DNA of 63,833 nucleotides, filler included, from Olpidium bornovanus S191 (taxonomy: Eukaryota; Fungi; Olpidiomycota), in assembly GCA_017911155.1 (NCBI GenBank). It is 29 parts of 29 records of this genome, joined end to end, with 100 filler letters (N's around TTAATTAATTAA, not from the genome) between each part and the next. Parts side by side here need not be neighbours in the genome. Positions count along the whole stretch, not along the records: positions 21,122 to 24,770 come from JAEFCI010000506.1; positions 24,871 to 27,335 come from JAEFCI010000951.1; positions 27,436 to 28,785 come from JAEFCI010010783.1; positions 28,886 to 30,236 come from JAEFCI010010675.1; positions 30,337 to 32,353 come from JAEFCI010012972.1; positions 32,454 to 33,738 come from JAEFCI010000643.1; positions 33,839 to 36,001 come from JAEFCI010001493.1; positions 36,102 to 41,447 come from JAEFCI010006182.1; 21 more parts are not named here. One strand, 5' to 3'. The position numbers and the translations under genes were made by a program. Of the stretch, positions 24,408-36,371 are shown one piece after another; position 1 is the first letter of the stretch, and each line of letters begins with the position of its first letter. Below the pieces are notes generated by a model. The model made no database searches. It saw only the letters and a program-made list of their open reading frames with translations, and had not been told where the DNA came from.

Positions 24408-24558
24408 TTTTTTTTTTTTTTTTGCTATCAGAGGATTGGAACGGGGTTGGGTTGATTTTTTTTTTTTTTGCTATCAGAGAATTGGAACGGGGTTGGGTTG
24501 ATTTTTTTTTTTTGCTATCAGAGGATTGGAACGGGGGGTTGGGTTGTTTTTTTTTTTT
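24408..24558. repeat. Three tandem copies of a roughly 46-bp unit, poly(T)-GCTATCAGAGRATTGGAACGGGGTTGGGTTG
   Basis: Visible units at about 24424, 24469 and 24513, separated by T-runs. Confidence 0.9.
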
Positions 24559-24871
24559 CCTAAAAATCTCGGATGAGGAAGTTCAATCCTGGTGTGAAGG
24601 CCCCGGCAAAAAGAATTTTTTTTTGCAAAAAGTTCCCGTCCTTGTGCTGTCATGATAGTGATCTCACGCTCAATTTTTCGGTTGTTGGCCGCGGCGCTGG
24701 CCTGGCCGCCGGGATCTCGGCTTTTGCGGAGAGATTCGCGGGGTATGATCTTCACAGCGACGGTCTGTCCNNNNNNNNNNNNNNNNNNNNNNNNNNNNNN
24801 NNNNNNNNNNNNNNTTAATTAATTAANNNNNNNNNNNNNNNNNNNNNNNNNNNNNNNNNNNNNNNNNNNNC

Positions 24872-26399
24872 ATGCCTTCCCGGGCCGCCCTCCTGCTCGG
24901 CAAAGAAAGCCTCGCCCTGGCAGACCGGCCGGTCGCCGGCGTGCGGGCGGCGCACCTGCGGAACAACCCCTTCGCCTGGGAGGTCCAAGTGGAAGGGGAA
25001 CCCGGGACGCCGTGGGAGGGCGGACTGTTCAGGGCATTCCTGTCGTTCGACGAGTCTTTCGACGAGGCGCCGCCGCTGGTAAGCTTCGTCACCGTGCCCT
25101 TCCACCCAAACAGTAAGTTTTTATTTTTTTCTTTTCGTGAAAATTAGGGGTGGATCGAGGTTGGACGGCGGGCGGGAGGACGGGGGAAACTAGGGTGGGG
25201 GAAGCAGAAGAAGCAGAGGAGAGATTCCCCGCCTTAACCTCCTCCCACCACACCGGCATTTTTTTTTGTTTTTTTTTTTTTTTTTTTTTTTATCCCCGAC
25301 CTTCTCGTCGGCGATAACATGATCTCACACGGAACGGTCGACTTATTTGAATACTTTTTTTGGATTTTTTAATTCTTCGATTGATTTGCCAGTCGACATG
25401 AAGACCGGCCGCACCAGGATCCCGCCGCTGGACGAGCCGGAGCTCTTCTGGAGGCCCGGGGACCTGCGCCGTCTCTTGACGTCCCTGCGCGCGATGCTCG
25501 CGCGGCCGCTGGAGGCTTACCCGCCCGCCAACCCCGCCGCGCACAGGTGCTGGCGGGAGCGGCCACGGCTCTACGAGCAGCTCGTGCGCGATTGCGTCGT
25601 GGCGAGCCGGAGGCTCCGCGCGGGGTTGCTGGACCTGGCGGAGGAAGAAGGAGAGATCGAGGCGGAGGGGGAGACGAAGGAGGAGGAGGGGGACGGAGAG
25701 GACGGCGCGCGCGTGGGCGACGAGGGCGGGCGGAGAACGGGCCCGCGCGGCCCGGCGGCAGAGGAGGAGCCGCCGCGGACCGCGCAGGTCAGCTTCGAGG
25801 ACTACAGCAACTACTGGCAGTTCGTGGGCACCAGCCTCTCGGCGGACGCGACCGAGGGCGGCGGCGGCGGCAATCGTTTCGTCCTGAAACGTAGCCCGAG
25901 GGTCCGCCTCGACGTGGCGGCGCTGGAAGACGCGAGCCGTCGGTGGGTGTGTTGTGCGGTCGACCGTCCCCGGCCCCGTCCCCGTCCCCGCCCAAGCTTT
26001 CCCGCCCCGGGTGAGCGAAACGGCAGGTCACTCGGACGAACAAAACCTGAGAAATCCTTTTTCCCCCCTCCCCTCCCAAGGCAACACGACATCCTGTACG
26101 GCCGCTTCGCCTCGGCCGGTGACCCGCGGGGGGAGCGGCCCCGGTCGGCGCCGCAGCTCCGGTCGCGCGCCTTGCGCGCCGCGCGGATCAAGAAGCTCCG
26201 GGCGGTGTACCGCCTGGACGACCTGAGCCCCGAACCGGACCGCCGGCCCCCGCGCCGCATCCGGATCCCGTCCGCGCCGGTCATCGCCGCCTCCGCCGCC
26301 GGCCTTCCCCCGGCGGCTCCGGCTCCGGCGCCTCCCGCCCCGCGGCGGCGCCCGGCGTCGGAGGACGAGGGCGAGAGCGAGGACGAAGGGGAGGAGGAG

Positions 26400-26430
<31 letters not shown>

Positions 26431-26633
26431 CCCGCGCGCCGCCCGTCGCGTGGGACGTCGAGGAGGAGGCCGAAAGGAGGTTGAACGTCACCGGGCGGAT
26501 AGTTGCCATGCCGACCGCGCCGCTCGGCGGCGGCGCCGGCGTCGCAGACCTCGAGCGGTGGGAGGAAGAGGAGGCCGACGACCTCGTCCGGTGGAGCTCG
26601 CGCCTGGACGTCGGCCTGTTCGAAGGGCAGTAG
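24872..26633 (+). CDS. UBE2U-like ubiquitin-conjugating (E2) fold protein lacking the catalytic Cys, with acidic C-terminal extension; exons 24872-25112, 25393-25942, 26081-26633
   Basis: MPSRAALLL...WEVQVEG...WEGGLF...APPLVSFVTVPFHPN|IDMKTGRTRIPPLD...MLARP...PANPAA follows UBE2U (RAYLLL; APPVVKFITIPFHPNVDPHTGQPCIDFLD). The second intron (138 nt, in frame) is inferred. Confidence 0.85.
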
Positions 26634-28898
26634 AGCTCCTCCCAATCACCGAAGCGCCGGACGAGCTGCTTCCCCCCCCCCCCTATTCCCCCCCGCTTCC
26701 GCGTCGCGACGCGGGGCACGCGAACCGTGACAACCCGCGCGGGGGGGAAGGGAGGGCATTCTCACAAACCCGGAAGCGGACAGAAAGGCCGACTCCAGCG
26801 GTTGGTCCATTCGCAGGTTGCTTGTTGTGGAGTGGAGTGGAAGAAAGGGGATTACTTTCTTTCTCTCTCTCTCTCTCTCTCTCCCTCGCTGTCTCCCTCT
26901 TTCTCTCACCTCACGTCTTTCCCTCCCGGAATATCCCCCGCGCCCCTGGAAATTTTCGACGGACCCCTCATCCTCCGGTCTTTGGTGGACCGGCAGGACC
27001 GGCCGCACAAAAACGTATGAAACGTCGTCAGCGCAATTCCCCCAACCGACCTCAATAACCAACCCTCACCTCAACCCATAACTCTGACCCTAACCGCCAA
27101 CCGCGTTCCTTCCGCGCACGCACTGCCACCTGGCCGCCGTCAGCGTTTCTTCCTTGCAGCGATCCGTTTTCCAGGATGTCTGCCACTCTGGCCTGGCAAG
27201 CCTTAGCCGCCGTCGATGCTGCCCGCTTTGTGCCCCGTCTGCCGTTACGTCGGGTTGTGGCGATCTGCGTGCTGTTGCGGATTATTTTCCGGCCGTATAC
27301 CGGGCGCACCTGGTGCAAAACAAAAATGGATTGGGNNNNNNNNNNNNNNNNNNNNNNNNNNNNNNNNNNNNNNNNNNNNTTAATTAATTAANNNNNNNNN
27401 NNNNNNNNNNNNNNNNNNNNNNNNNNNNNNNNNNNCATGCCCCGACGTGCAGGTTCTGGCTTTTTAACGGGGCCGGCTCCGGCTCCGCGGATGCGAATCT
27501 GCAGACCCCGAGGGGGATCCGCCGAGGAGCCAGTGCGAACACACGAATCCCGTGAGGGCGGCGAACGCAGGCGGGAACTTACAACGGACGCTCCGGGATG
27601 TGTAAATCCAGGCTCAAAAAAAAAGCCTGCGAATCGACGCGAAACTTGCAAATTCCCGGGCCGGAGAGGGCCGCGCGTGCCCGCGCGGATCTGCCGGACC
27701 CGGTAAATCTGCAGTGGCCGTGCAACTGTGGCGCAAATCCGCCGACCCTGCGGACCCCCCTCCACCCCCCCCCCCCCCCCCCCCCCCCCCGGCGAACCTG
27801 CGGATCCGTTCGGTTCCGCAGATTCCCGCGGTTTTGTGAGCGCCCGGCTCTCTGGTTCCGGCCTTTTCCCGGTTTACCGTCAGCAAGATGGCAATAGAGT
27901 TATGGTCAGGCGACCCGCGCGGCAGGGTTCCGTCGGGTCCCGAGCCGCCAGGATTCTGACGAACCCGAGCTTTTTCGGTTTTCTTCCCGCTTACTGCCCT
28001 CTTGAGCAAGCCCGGGACCATCCCTGCGCCGCCGTTTTCTTGGCCCCCCCCCCCCCCCCCCCCCCCCCCCTTTTTTTTTCTCCCCCCCCCCCCCCCCCGC
28101 CGTGCATTTTTATTTTTCCTGTGCCGTCATCACGAGAAACTCGGTCTCGAAAAAAGGTGAATGAGGGGTGTGTGGGTGTGTGGGTGTGGGTGTGTGGGTG
28201 TGGGTGAGAGGGTGTTCGTTTACGAGGAAAAGTCTCTGCTTCCCTCCGGGCCCCGCGCCCCGCCGTCCCCCACCCCTCCCTTCTCGTGTTTTTTTTTTTC
28301 CGGAAAGGGGGGGGGGGGAGGGGAAAGACGGGTGAGACCAGTCTTGGGAAAAATGACGGGAATACGCGGACCGCGCTCACTTTCTTTCCGCCGACAAAAA
28401 GGGAAAACCCACCGGAGAGGGGTTTTAGCGCGGCGAGTGGTCCGGTTCGGGAAAACCAACGACCGGCCGGCGGTGTTGAGATCGAAAAAAACTCCCGGGC
28501 GCCTCCCTCACCGCCTCCCACCTTTTCGCGCCAAAAAATGCGCGACCCTTTTGCTCGCCAGCAAGCTTCGTGGCGCCCCCCCCCCCCCCCCCCTTCGCCC
28601 ACCCCGCGCATTTTCGGAACTTTAATGCGCGCCGTATACCGTTTTGTCACAATTTCGACAAAAACATGAATGTAAAAGGGATTGGACGGGGTTCTCAACG
28701 GTTTCTGCGGTGCTCAGGGCAGTCCAGCGCGCGTCGGTGCGTTGCTTGTGCTGCTTTTCCCCGACTAACCAATGGCCCGCACGCCNNNNNNNNNNNNNNN
28801 NNNNNNNNNNNNNNNNNNNNNNNNNNNNNTTAATTAATTAANNNNNNNNNNNNNNNNNNNNNNNNNNNNNNNNNNNNNNNNNNNNAAAAAAAGCCCGG

Positions 28899-28934
<36 letters not shown>

Positions 28935-29426
28935 AAAGCCGAGCTCTTCGCGCCGCCGCAAAAGGGCTTTTCGGGTTTCCCGCGGCCGGTGCGCCTGCGC
29001 GCTCCAGAGGATATGCGGGTTAAATCTTGTATACACCAGCATTCATTTCCGAATTCGGAACGCGTCCCGTTCGGGCGCTCTTCCTTTCCCCCTCCCCCTC
29101 TTCCCCTCCCCACGGCCAGCCGTACCACCGCGAAAGGAAACCCCCCCGCCCCTTTTCTCCCCGCCCCAAGTTTTTTTTTTTTCGCGTCCGAATAAACCGT
29201 CGCACACGAGCGGACTGCCGGCCCGGCGCGGGCGCCGAACGTTTTTTTCGCGGCGCAAAATTCACGTCGCCGCACGTCAGAATCAAACGCGCGCGCGCGC
29301 GCGCGCGAGCGAGACAAAGCGCCGGGCTCTTTTTTTTTATTGTATTGTATTTATTTTTGTTTGTTTTACTTTTTCAAAACGCGCGCGGGCCGAAACTGGT
29401 TTCTCTGCCGTCTGACGCGGGAAAAA

Positions 29427-29466
<40 letters not shown>

Positions 29467-29579
29467 AAAAAAAAACAAAAAAGTGGGGGGAAGGGGGGGA
29501 AATGACAACCACAAGAACAAAGCGCGTCCAAATGACGTCCGCGCGCCCGCGCGCGCCAACGCCCGCGGGCCTCTTTTTT

Positions 29580-30236
29580 TTAGCTTTTGGGTATGACGCT
29601 CGGCCTTCTCTTCGACTGCTTGGGGGTGGTCGTCCGCGCCGACTCGTGGGAGCCCTTTTTTCCGGCCTGCTCCTCACCGGTGCCGCTCTTGCTGCCCCGG
29701 CCGACCGTGCCGCCGGCGGTCGCGCTGCTTCCCGGGCCGAAGGCGCCTGCGGGGCCCGAGGCCGCAAACGACGATATCTTCCTTCCGGCTTCGCCCTCCG
29801 CCCCGGGGTACCGTTTTGTTTTCGTGTTGGTCGGGTTCTTGACTGCGGAGGGTAGAAAGGTGGGAGGGAAGAGGAGGGGGGTTTGGGTTAGAACGGCCGC
29901 GGTGCCGAAATAGTGCTAGACCCAGATCTGGCAAAACTTTTGTCGCGGAATCGCGACCCCTTAATGCGCGCCTCAATGAGGGGTGGGTGGGGGAAGGGGG
30001 GAAGGACGGGGGTTGGAAATGGTCGCAGTGAACGAAAAAAAAAAAAAAAAAAAAAAACCTCACGCGCAAACTTGATCTTGTCCGACGCCTCCAGTAGAGG
30101 AACGTACGTGGGCGGCATGCCGGCAATCCAGCTCCTCCCCACTTGCCGAGGAGTAAGCAGAAGTGGTTTCGTGAATGAGTTCCCCGCGTCCGGCGGCAGA
30201 TCGAGGCGTCGAGCCCAACAGCAGAGGCCTTCCATT
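29580..30236 (-). CDS. Hypothetical protein, 3' exons (>30236-30064, 29842-29580)
   Basis: Phase-compatible GTGAGG...CAG intron joins ...WIAGMPPTYVPLLEASDKIKFA|LKNPTNTKTKRY...RRPSVIPKS*. No family recognised. Confidence 0.4.
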
Positions 30237-31135
30237 NNNNNNNNNNNNNNNNNNNNNNNNNNNNNNNNNNNNNNNNNNNNTTAATTAATTAANNNNNNNN
30301 NNNNNNNNNNNNNNNNNNNNNNNNNNNNNNNNNNNNCACTTCCCGGTGCGGACCTCAACAGGCACTGCGCGACAGCACTGATTGTCTTTCTACTGCGCCA
30401 ATGTGCATTCCCGCAGCGTGCTTCCGGACAGAGATCCCTTCTGAATAAATTGCATGGTGTAACCGCACGAGTTGAAAAACATCGGCTCATGCGAGAATGC
30501 CGTGCACAAGAGGATGGATACGTGGCTCGATTTACGTGCGAGAAGTCGACGGAAGAATCCAAACTCAGCAGCAGCGATCCTTTCGCGTCTGTGTAGGTCG
30601 CGACCGTGACCTGTGATAGTAAAAGCAGAAGCCGATGCTGGCGCAACAGGAATAAAAGGCTTCCCCCACCGTTTGACACTAGCATCCAACCGAGGCTATT
30701 GCCTGTTCACACTATAAACGATGCAGGTTGGCTGGCCGGAGCTTTACGGGGAGAGGCGACTGGCGGGCCACAGTTGCACGGCATGCAAACGGCAACCCCC
30801 CAATCCCCTCTCCCTAAACCCAGTTTTGGCAAAGACAAGCGTCCGCGTCCGCGTATACACGAAGTTTTGCAGGCTGCCCGCGGACCGAACGCGTCTTATT
30901 TGGGCCCGGCACCATCGGATGATCGCACGACGCACGTTCCGGCCCATGCAGGCGCATTTTGAGCGATCACTTCGCACTATGCCCGAAGCCACTCGAAACC
31001 GTTTATCGCACAGAACACCTTCCGAAACACATCTCGACTGCGGCACCTTGTGTCTAAGCCACCATGATCGTCTACAATCCTCATCTTCTTATTGTAACTA
31101 CGGCTGCCAATCCGAGTGTCTCCGCAGATCCTCGC

Positions 31136-32353
31136 TCACGTCTCCATCTTTTCCAACACGCCCGCGAGGATTTCCGCGCCCAGAGGTATGTACACCGTTT
31201 CGGTGCCGTCGCCGGCGCGGCGGGAGTGGATTATCCGATGGTCGCGGAACTCGGTGAGCTGCGACTGGAACGCCTGGTCGGAATTGGTGAGGAAGGCTTC
31301 CCGCGCGAGCGAGTAAAACGTTCTGTACGGCAGGCCGAGGTCCGCATGGGTTGTCGCCGTTCGCCCCTTCAGCGGCGCTGGCTTGCGCTTTTGCCTGCAT
31401 GACGCGGCTGCGCCCTCGTAATCATCTTCCTCGTTCTCCTCGGAACTGTCCGTACCAGCACGGTTTTCCGCCGCGTCGGACGCCGCGGGCTCCCTTTCTC
31501 TGGCCGCGGCGATCTGGCGCTCGGCCAGGATGCGGAAGATCTTTTTCATGTTGGCCGTGAGACTGGCCAACACGAAGCCGACGCCGCGCGGGCCCAGCTC
31601 GCCGCGGCGGACCATGATCGAGTTCTCATAGGTCGTCTCTGCAGCATACGGCCGGAATGTCGTGGCGTCGTGCCAGAGCCAGTTGAATCGCGCTGCCTTC
31701 ACCGTGTCCCACAGCAGCGGGGCGTTGACGTGGTCCACCGAGGCGATCATGTGGATTTTCGCGCACGACGCCAACACGCTCAGGATCGCCTGCGTCCGCT
31801 CCGCGCGCAACGCCGGACCGTCGATATTGTGCACCAACACGTACATGCGCTCGTGCGGCCTGTCACTCGCCGGGCCGGCAAACGCTTCCGCCACAAGCGA
31901 CGCTTGTTCCTCCACCGTCCCTTTCGCGAGCGCCGGGCAACCCAGGACCCCGTCCAAAATCTTGGCCAGGAAGTCTCGGGGCCCCACGGCAGGGAAGTAC
32001 CCGTTGATGACGAGCAGGGGCGAGCCCTCGGCGCACCGTGCAGCGAAGTCCGAGAGGAGGTCCCGCTTCGAGCCGTAGCCAAAGAAAACGAGGTTGAAGC
32101 CGTTGTGCAACTCGAAATACCACTGGCGGAACTGCTCGGCGTGCAGGCTGGCAAGAAGCCCTATCTGCAGCTCGTGTTTCGGCCGTGCCCTTGCCAGCGA
32201 CTCAACAAACTCTTTGTGCTCCAGCACGGGAAGCATGGCCAAGGTGTGGTTCGATGTGTTACTGGCCTCGTGCAGGGTTTGGAAGTACGTCTCGTAGACG
32301 GCGTCTACCACGATCCCGGCCTCACCCGCTCGGTCGCCAGCGCCTTCGGCATC
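31136..32353 (-). CDS. ORC2: Origin recognition complex subunit 2; 5' truncated
   Basis: QFRQWYFELHNGFNLVFFGYGSKRDLL, VINGYFP, LVHNIDGPALR, IASVDHVNAPLLWD, WLWHDATTFRPY and FQSQLTEFRDH are ORC2 hallmarks. The frame is open to the contig end. Confidence 0.96.
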   Translation of the reverse strand, partial: DAEGAGDRAGEAGIVVDAVYETYFQTLHEASNTSNHTLAMLPVLEHKEFVESLARARPKHELQIGLLASLHAEQFRQWYFELHNGFNLVFFGYGSKRDLLSDFAARCAEGSPLLVINGYFPAVGPRDFLAKILDGVLGCPALAKGTVEEQASLVAEAFAGPASDRPHERMYVLVHNIDGPALRAERTQAILSVLASCAKIHMIASVDHVNAPLLWDTVKAARFNWLWHDATTFRPYAAETTYENSIMVRRGELGPRGVGFVLASLTANMKKIFRILAERQIAAAREREPAASDAAENRAGTDSSEENEEDDYEGAAASCRQKRKPAPLKGRTATTHADLGLPYRTFYSLAREAFLTNSDQAFQSQLTEFRDHRIIHSRRAGDGTETVYIPLGAEILAGVLEKMET

Positions 32354-33051
32354 NNNNNNNNNNNNNNNNNNNNNNNNNNNNNNNNNNNNNNNNNNNNTTA
32401 ATTAATTAANNNNNNNNNNNNNNNNNNNNNNNNNNNNNNNNNNNNNNNNNNNNCATGGTTCTTACCCGCGTCTGCACGGGGCCATACGCCCACCCCTCCA
32501 CCTAGGAAACCCGCAATTGATTTGACTGTCGGCGAGCGAAAAGGCCGCCAGAAAACCCTCTCAAGCACAGCTGTTGTGCCGTGGAAGGCCGCGGGGGGAA
32601 GCCACGAAACGCTGGCATTCACTTAATGCTAAGCACCTCCGAAGATGATTATGATGACGCATCGAAAGCCGACCCGACGGCAGGGGCAGCGAACTTCACT
32701 TCGACAATACTGGCCGTGATCGACCAAAATGTGCACAACACTTCACCTTGTGCTATTGTGAAGGAAATTTGCAGCACAAGCAACCACCATCTCTGGCTTT
32801 TCTGCGAACTTCGGCCAGCCAGCAGTGACGGGCAGCAGCGTGTCCTGGGTAATGCAGATGGCAGCGATTATTTTCATCGCACTTCCCACCGGAAAAGTTT
32901 CCGTTTGGCCCTGCCCGGCAGGGGGAGGTCACGTGACCGCGCGGCTGGTCGGCATTTCCGAGTCCCCGCCCGTTTTCCCGGATCCCTTAAACCCGCTCTT
33001 TTCCTTCTTTCGTCCCATTGAAAGGAACTCGCTTTGGATGCATCTGCCGTG

Positions 33052-33738
33052 ATGCGGCTGCTCCCGTGCATCGTTTGGTTCCCAGCGGGAGCACTTTCGC
33101 AGATCACGTTGCCGCAAGAGGTTTCGTCGGTTGCATCCGGCGCTCCAACGGTGGTCCAAAGCTCAGCGGCGGCAGCGTCAACATTGCAGGCTTCGGTGAC
33201 CTCGGTAACCTCTGGCGCGACATTGCCGACAGCTAGAACGGGGGTCGTCCCGACCGTGGTCGTCCCGGCGGTGACGGATCTCTCGGATTTGCCGACCGCC
33301 TTGCCGACTGCCGGCCAGCCCTGCGCGAAGGAATTGCTGGACGGGCAGAGAGCCGCCGAGAACCTCAGCCAAGGGGCGTTCCGCGGCAGCGCGACGAACA
33401 GTCAGTACTGCTCAGCGCTCCAATCGTCTCTCGCATATTATGACTGCGCCCTGAGGAATAACCTCCTCAGCAAGGAGGCACACGACAAGTTCGTCGTGGC
33501 GAAAGACCAGGTGTGCGCGGCCCCGCCTGATGCGGTGCCGCAGGCGCAGAAGTTATTTTTCAAAAACGAGTTTTCCAGCTCCACGCCGGTCAACCAGTTC
33601 ACTGCCACTGCCGTAGTCATGCGCGGGTCGGAGATCAAAAGGCAGCGCCTGAAGGAAGTGGGCGCGTGGTTGCTTGGCGAGCCCTCGGAGCAGGAAGAGA
33701 CAAGGGAACAACCAGGAGCGCCGGCGGGTGCGGCGGAC
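33052..33738 (+). CDS. Putative secreted protein: signal-like N-terminus, Ser/Thr-rich stalk, four-Cys domain; 3' truncated
   Basis: MRLLPCIVWFPAGALS|QITLPQ... then an S/T/V/A/P-rich stretch, then C-AKELL...YC-SAL...YYDC-AL...QVC. Open to the contig end. Confidence 0.55.
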
Positions 33739-34458
33739 NNNNNNNNNNNNNNNNNNNNNNNNNNNNNNNNNNNNNNNNNNNNTTAATTAATTAANNNNNN
33801 NNNNNNNNNNNNNNNNNNNNNNNNNNNNNNNNNNNNNNAAAAAACGGCAGCACGTCCCGTTGCTGCGGAGAGCTCGGTGGTGATGGCTTTTGCTTTACCG
33901 GAAGCGATCTTTTAAACACAGAAATGCGCGGAAAAGCCTCCAGTAGCAAAAAAAAAAAAGAATATGTGTGCTGGTTGCGGGTTAGGGCGCCGGCTGCGCA
34001 GCCGGAGGTATTCCCCGTGTCAGGGCACTTCGACTGCGAGGCCATGGCCCACAGCCGCCGGTGCAGAACAAGGCGGTGAGACCTAAGACGCAGTGGTCGA
34101 TTGTGCCACAACGCCCACAAACAGAACGGCCTTGCGAAGTCAAAACCCCGTAACACCAAACTTAACCCCGCAGCCTCAGTCTTCTACTTGGTGTACCGGT
34201 GAAAAATATGGGCCGCGGGACTGTCGTCTTGATGATTTGTTTGCCTTTCTCATCGTGGAAGCCACTAGCCAAGAAAAAGACTGCCCGGAACGACAATCGC
34301 CGAGGCGATGGGCCGCGTGGACTGGGCTTTGTGAAAGGCTGTCCATCCAAGCAGAACTCGAGGTCTCTGAATAGTCGACGGGTTTTTGCGACCTCCTGGA
34401 TTTACCAAGGCCCATCAAGGTTGTGGGCTACTAGTGAATGGTCGTCCAGAGACTCGAA

Positions 34459-34615
34459 GCGTTTGAAAAAGTAGCGAGTGAGGTACAAGGCGCGGCTTTG
34501 GTCGGGGGAGAGGAGGAGGGGGGGGTGGGCTGGGTTCCGGCTATTAATGAATTGTTGTCCGGAAGATGCGTTTAAAAAGGTGGCGAGTGAAGTACAAGGC
34601 GCAGCTTTGATCGGG
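34459..34615. repeat. Two diverged 48-bp direct repeats (34459-34506 and 34568-34615)
   Basis: GCGTTTRAAAARGTRGCGAGTGARGTACAAGGCGCRGCTTTGRTCGGG; six mismatches, all A/G. Confidence 0.85.
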
Positions 34616-36371
34616 AGGAGGAAGGGGGGGGGGTTCCCTGACGCGATCAGGTTTTCCCGAGGTTATTATTCAGAAAAGGGCTGGGCTCACTTTGCCCAGT
34701 AGGCTAGCGCCCGCTGGGCGAGGAGTGTTTTGAACCGAACGATGGACTCGACGGTTCACGTGATCAAACCAGCGCCCCTGTCTTGGATGGCCTGCGCACG
34801 CGACGGCAGAATCGCAAAACAACGGAAAGAAAAACCTTTTCGTGGCAATAACATTATTTATATTACTCTGATATCATAGTATTACGTCCTCCCCGGGCGC
34901 GCCGAAGGGCTGGTTACTGACTGAAAAAGGGGGGGGGGGGGGGTGGATTTCCCTGGGGATTGGAAGATCAGGTCGGGGGTAAAACGTCACCGACAAAAAC
35001 TGCAAGGGACAATCTTCACGCGGGGGTGAGCGAGAAGTCGACGAGGGACCAGAGTTTCAACAGCAGGCGTGGTTGGCAGGAAGAAAACGCAGCAATGATG
35101 GCCTTCAATTGGGCGTCCCGTACGTGGTGCCTGCCAGCTTGGCTGTGTAGACCCGCGCAATGCGCGTTGCAGAGCTTATTAGTGGCTTCAAATACACCCA
35201 AATGTCCTGCTGGAAATGGGCCATTTGACGGTACGATCTGACGTGCACGGGACGCTTCCGTCTGCCGCTTTCGTTCGACGATTTCGAAAGAAAACGGCCA
35301 TGTGACGTTACTAGGTCCGAATTGTGAACGGCAGGCAAAATTAGGCTCGCCTATTTTTCAGCGGTATGCTTCCTCCGGATGTAACGACCCCAAGGAATGG
35401 TACGTCTCTCCTGGTTTTGATTTTTTGACTTGTGGAGAAGCCACCCCAGCTTTGGGGCTGCGTGAGTGCGAAATCGAATTCTATTTGAACGGCACAGCGT
35501 GGAGGCGCGGAAAAGGAAAATATGTGCAAATTTCCCAGATAACAACGGCTTGCCGCTGGCAATCCCGGCAGTAAAAAAAAAAGAGCGCAAGTGAAAGTGG
35601 ACATTAGGTGTAGCCTGTTTTAGAAGAAATAGCACGTCGTGATTGGCTCTGCGTGCACAACAAAAAAAAGAAAAAAAAGAAGAAAAAAAACTTTTACAAA
35701 ATGGTGGTATGCGCGTGTGGAAGGTCGTAACTCGGCGGAGGAGGAATGGCTACCGTCAGCGTCCGCCTACCAAAGATCACCCACCCAGTGCGCTTCGTCG
35801 GCGGTATGCTAAATTGACAAGAATTTCACCGAAAAACGGAAAATGTCAAAACACTGCTGCCGCCCACACGCCGGCAGAGCCCTCACCCCAAAATAAAAAA
35901 TTCGTCCTATCAACTACACGTCGCATACTTTCACCAGCCCATCCTCAAATTCGAGCAGCTCGGCGTAGTCCTTGACGTTAACCGAATCGCTCCCTATCAT
36001 GNNNNNNNNNNNNNNNNNNNNNNNNNNNNNNNNNNNNNNNNNNNNTTAATTAATTAANNNNNNNNNNNNNNNNNNNNNNNNNNNNNNNNNNNNNNNNNNN
36101 NAGAAAACAAAAAGGGGGAGCGGGAGTGTGCGGGAGTGTGGTTGGTGCGCGTGGTTCGGGTCCGCAAGCGGGTGGGGTGTTTCGGCGAGGTCGTTTATTT
36201 TCTATTTCCACAAACACAATTACTTTTACAAGATTCAATAGACACATAAAAAGATAAAAATTTCGAGAAAAATAAGAGGACGGCGCCGACTCTCTTCCTC
36301 GCCCCTCGGCCTGGGAACGACGGTCTTCTCACGCCTCTCAAAACCTTTTTTTTGTTTTTTTTTTTTCCCTC

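Noticed and set aside
25811-26719. Long antisense or overlapping ORFs (e.g. 25811-26719, 6108-7346, 37256-38446, 31670-32401) as overlapping genes
   Set aside because: Expected shadows of high-GC3 coding sequence; no domain similarity.
27052-27105. Telomere-like degenerate (TAACCC) variants
   Set aside because: Only one exact TTAGGG unit and no regular period.
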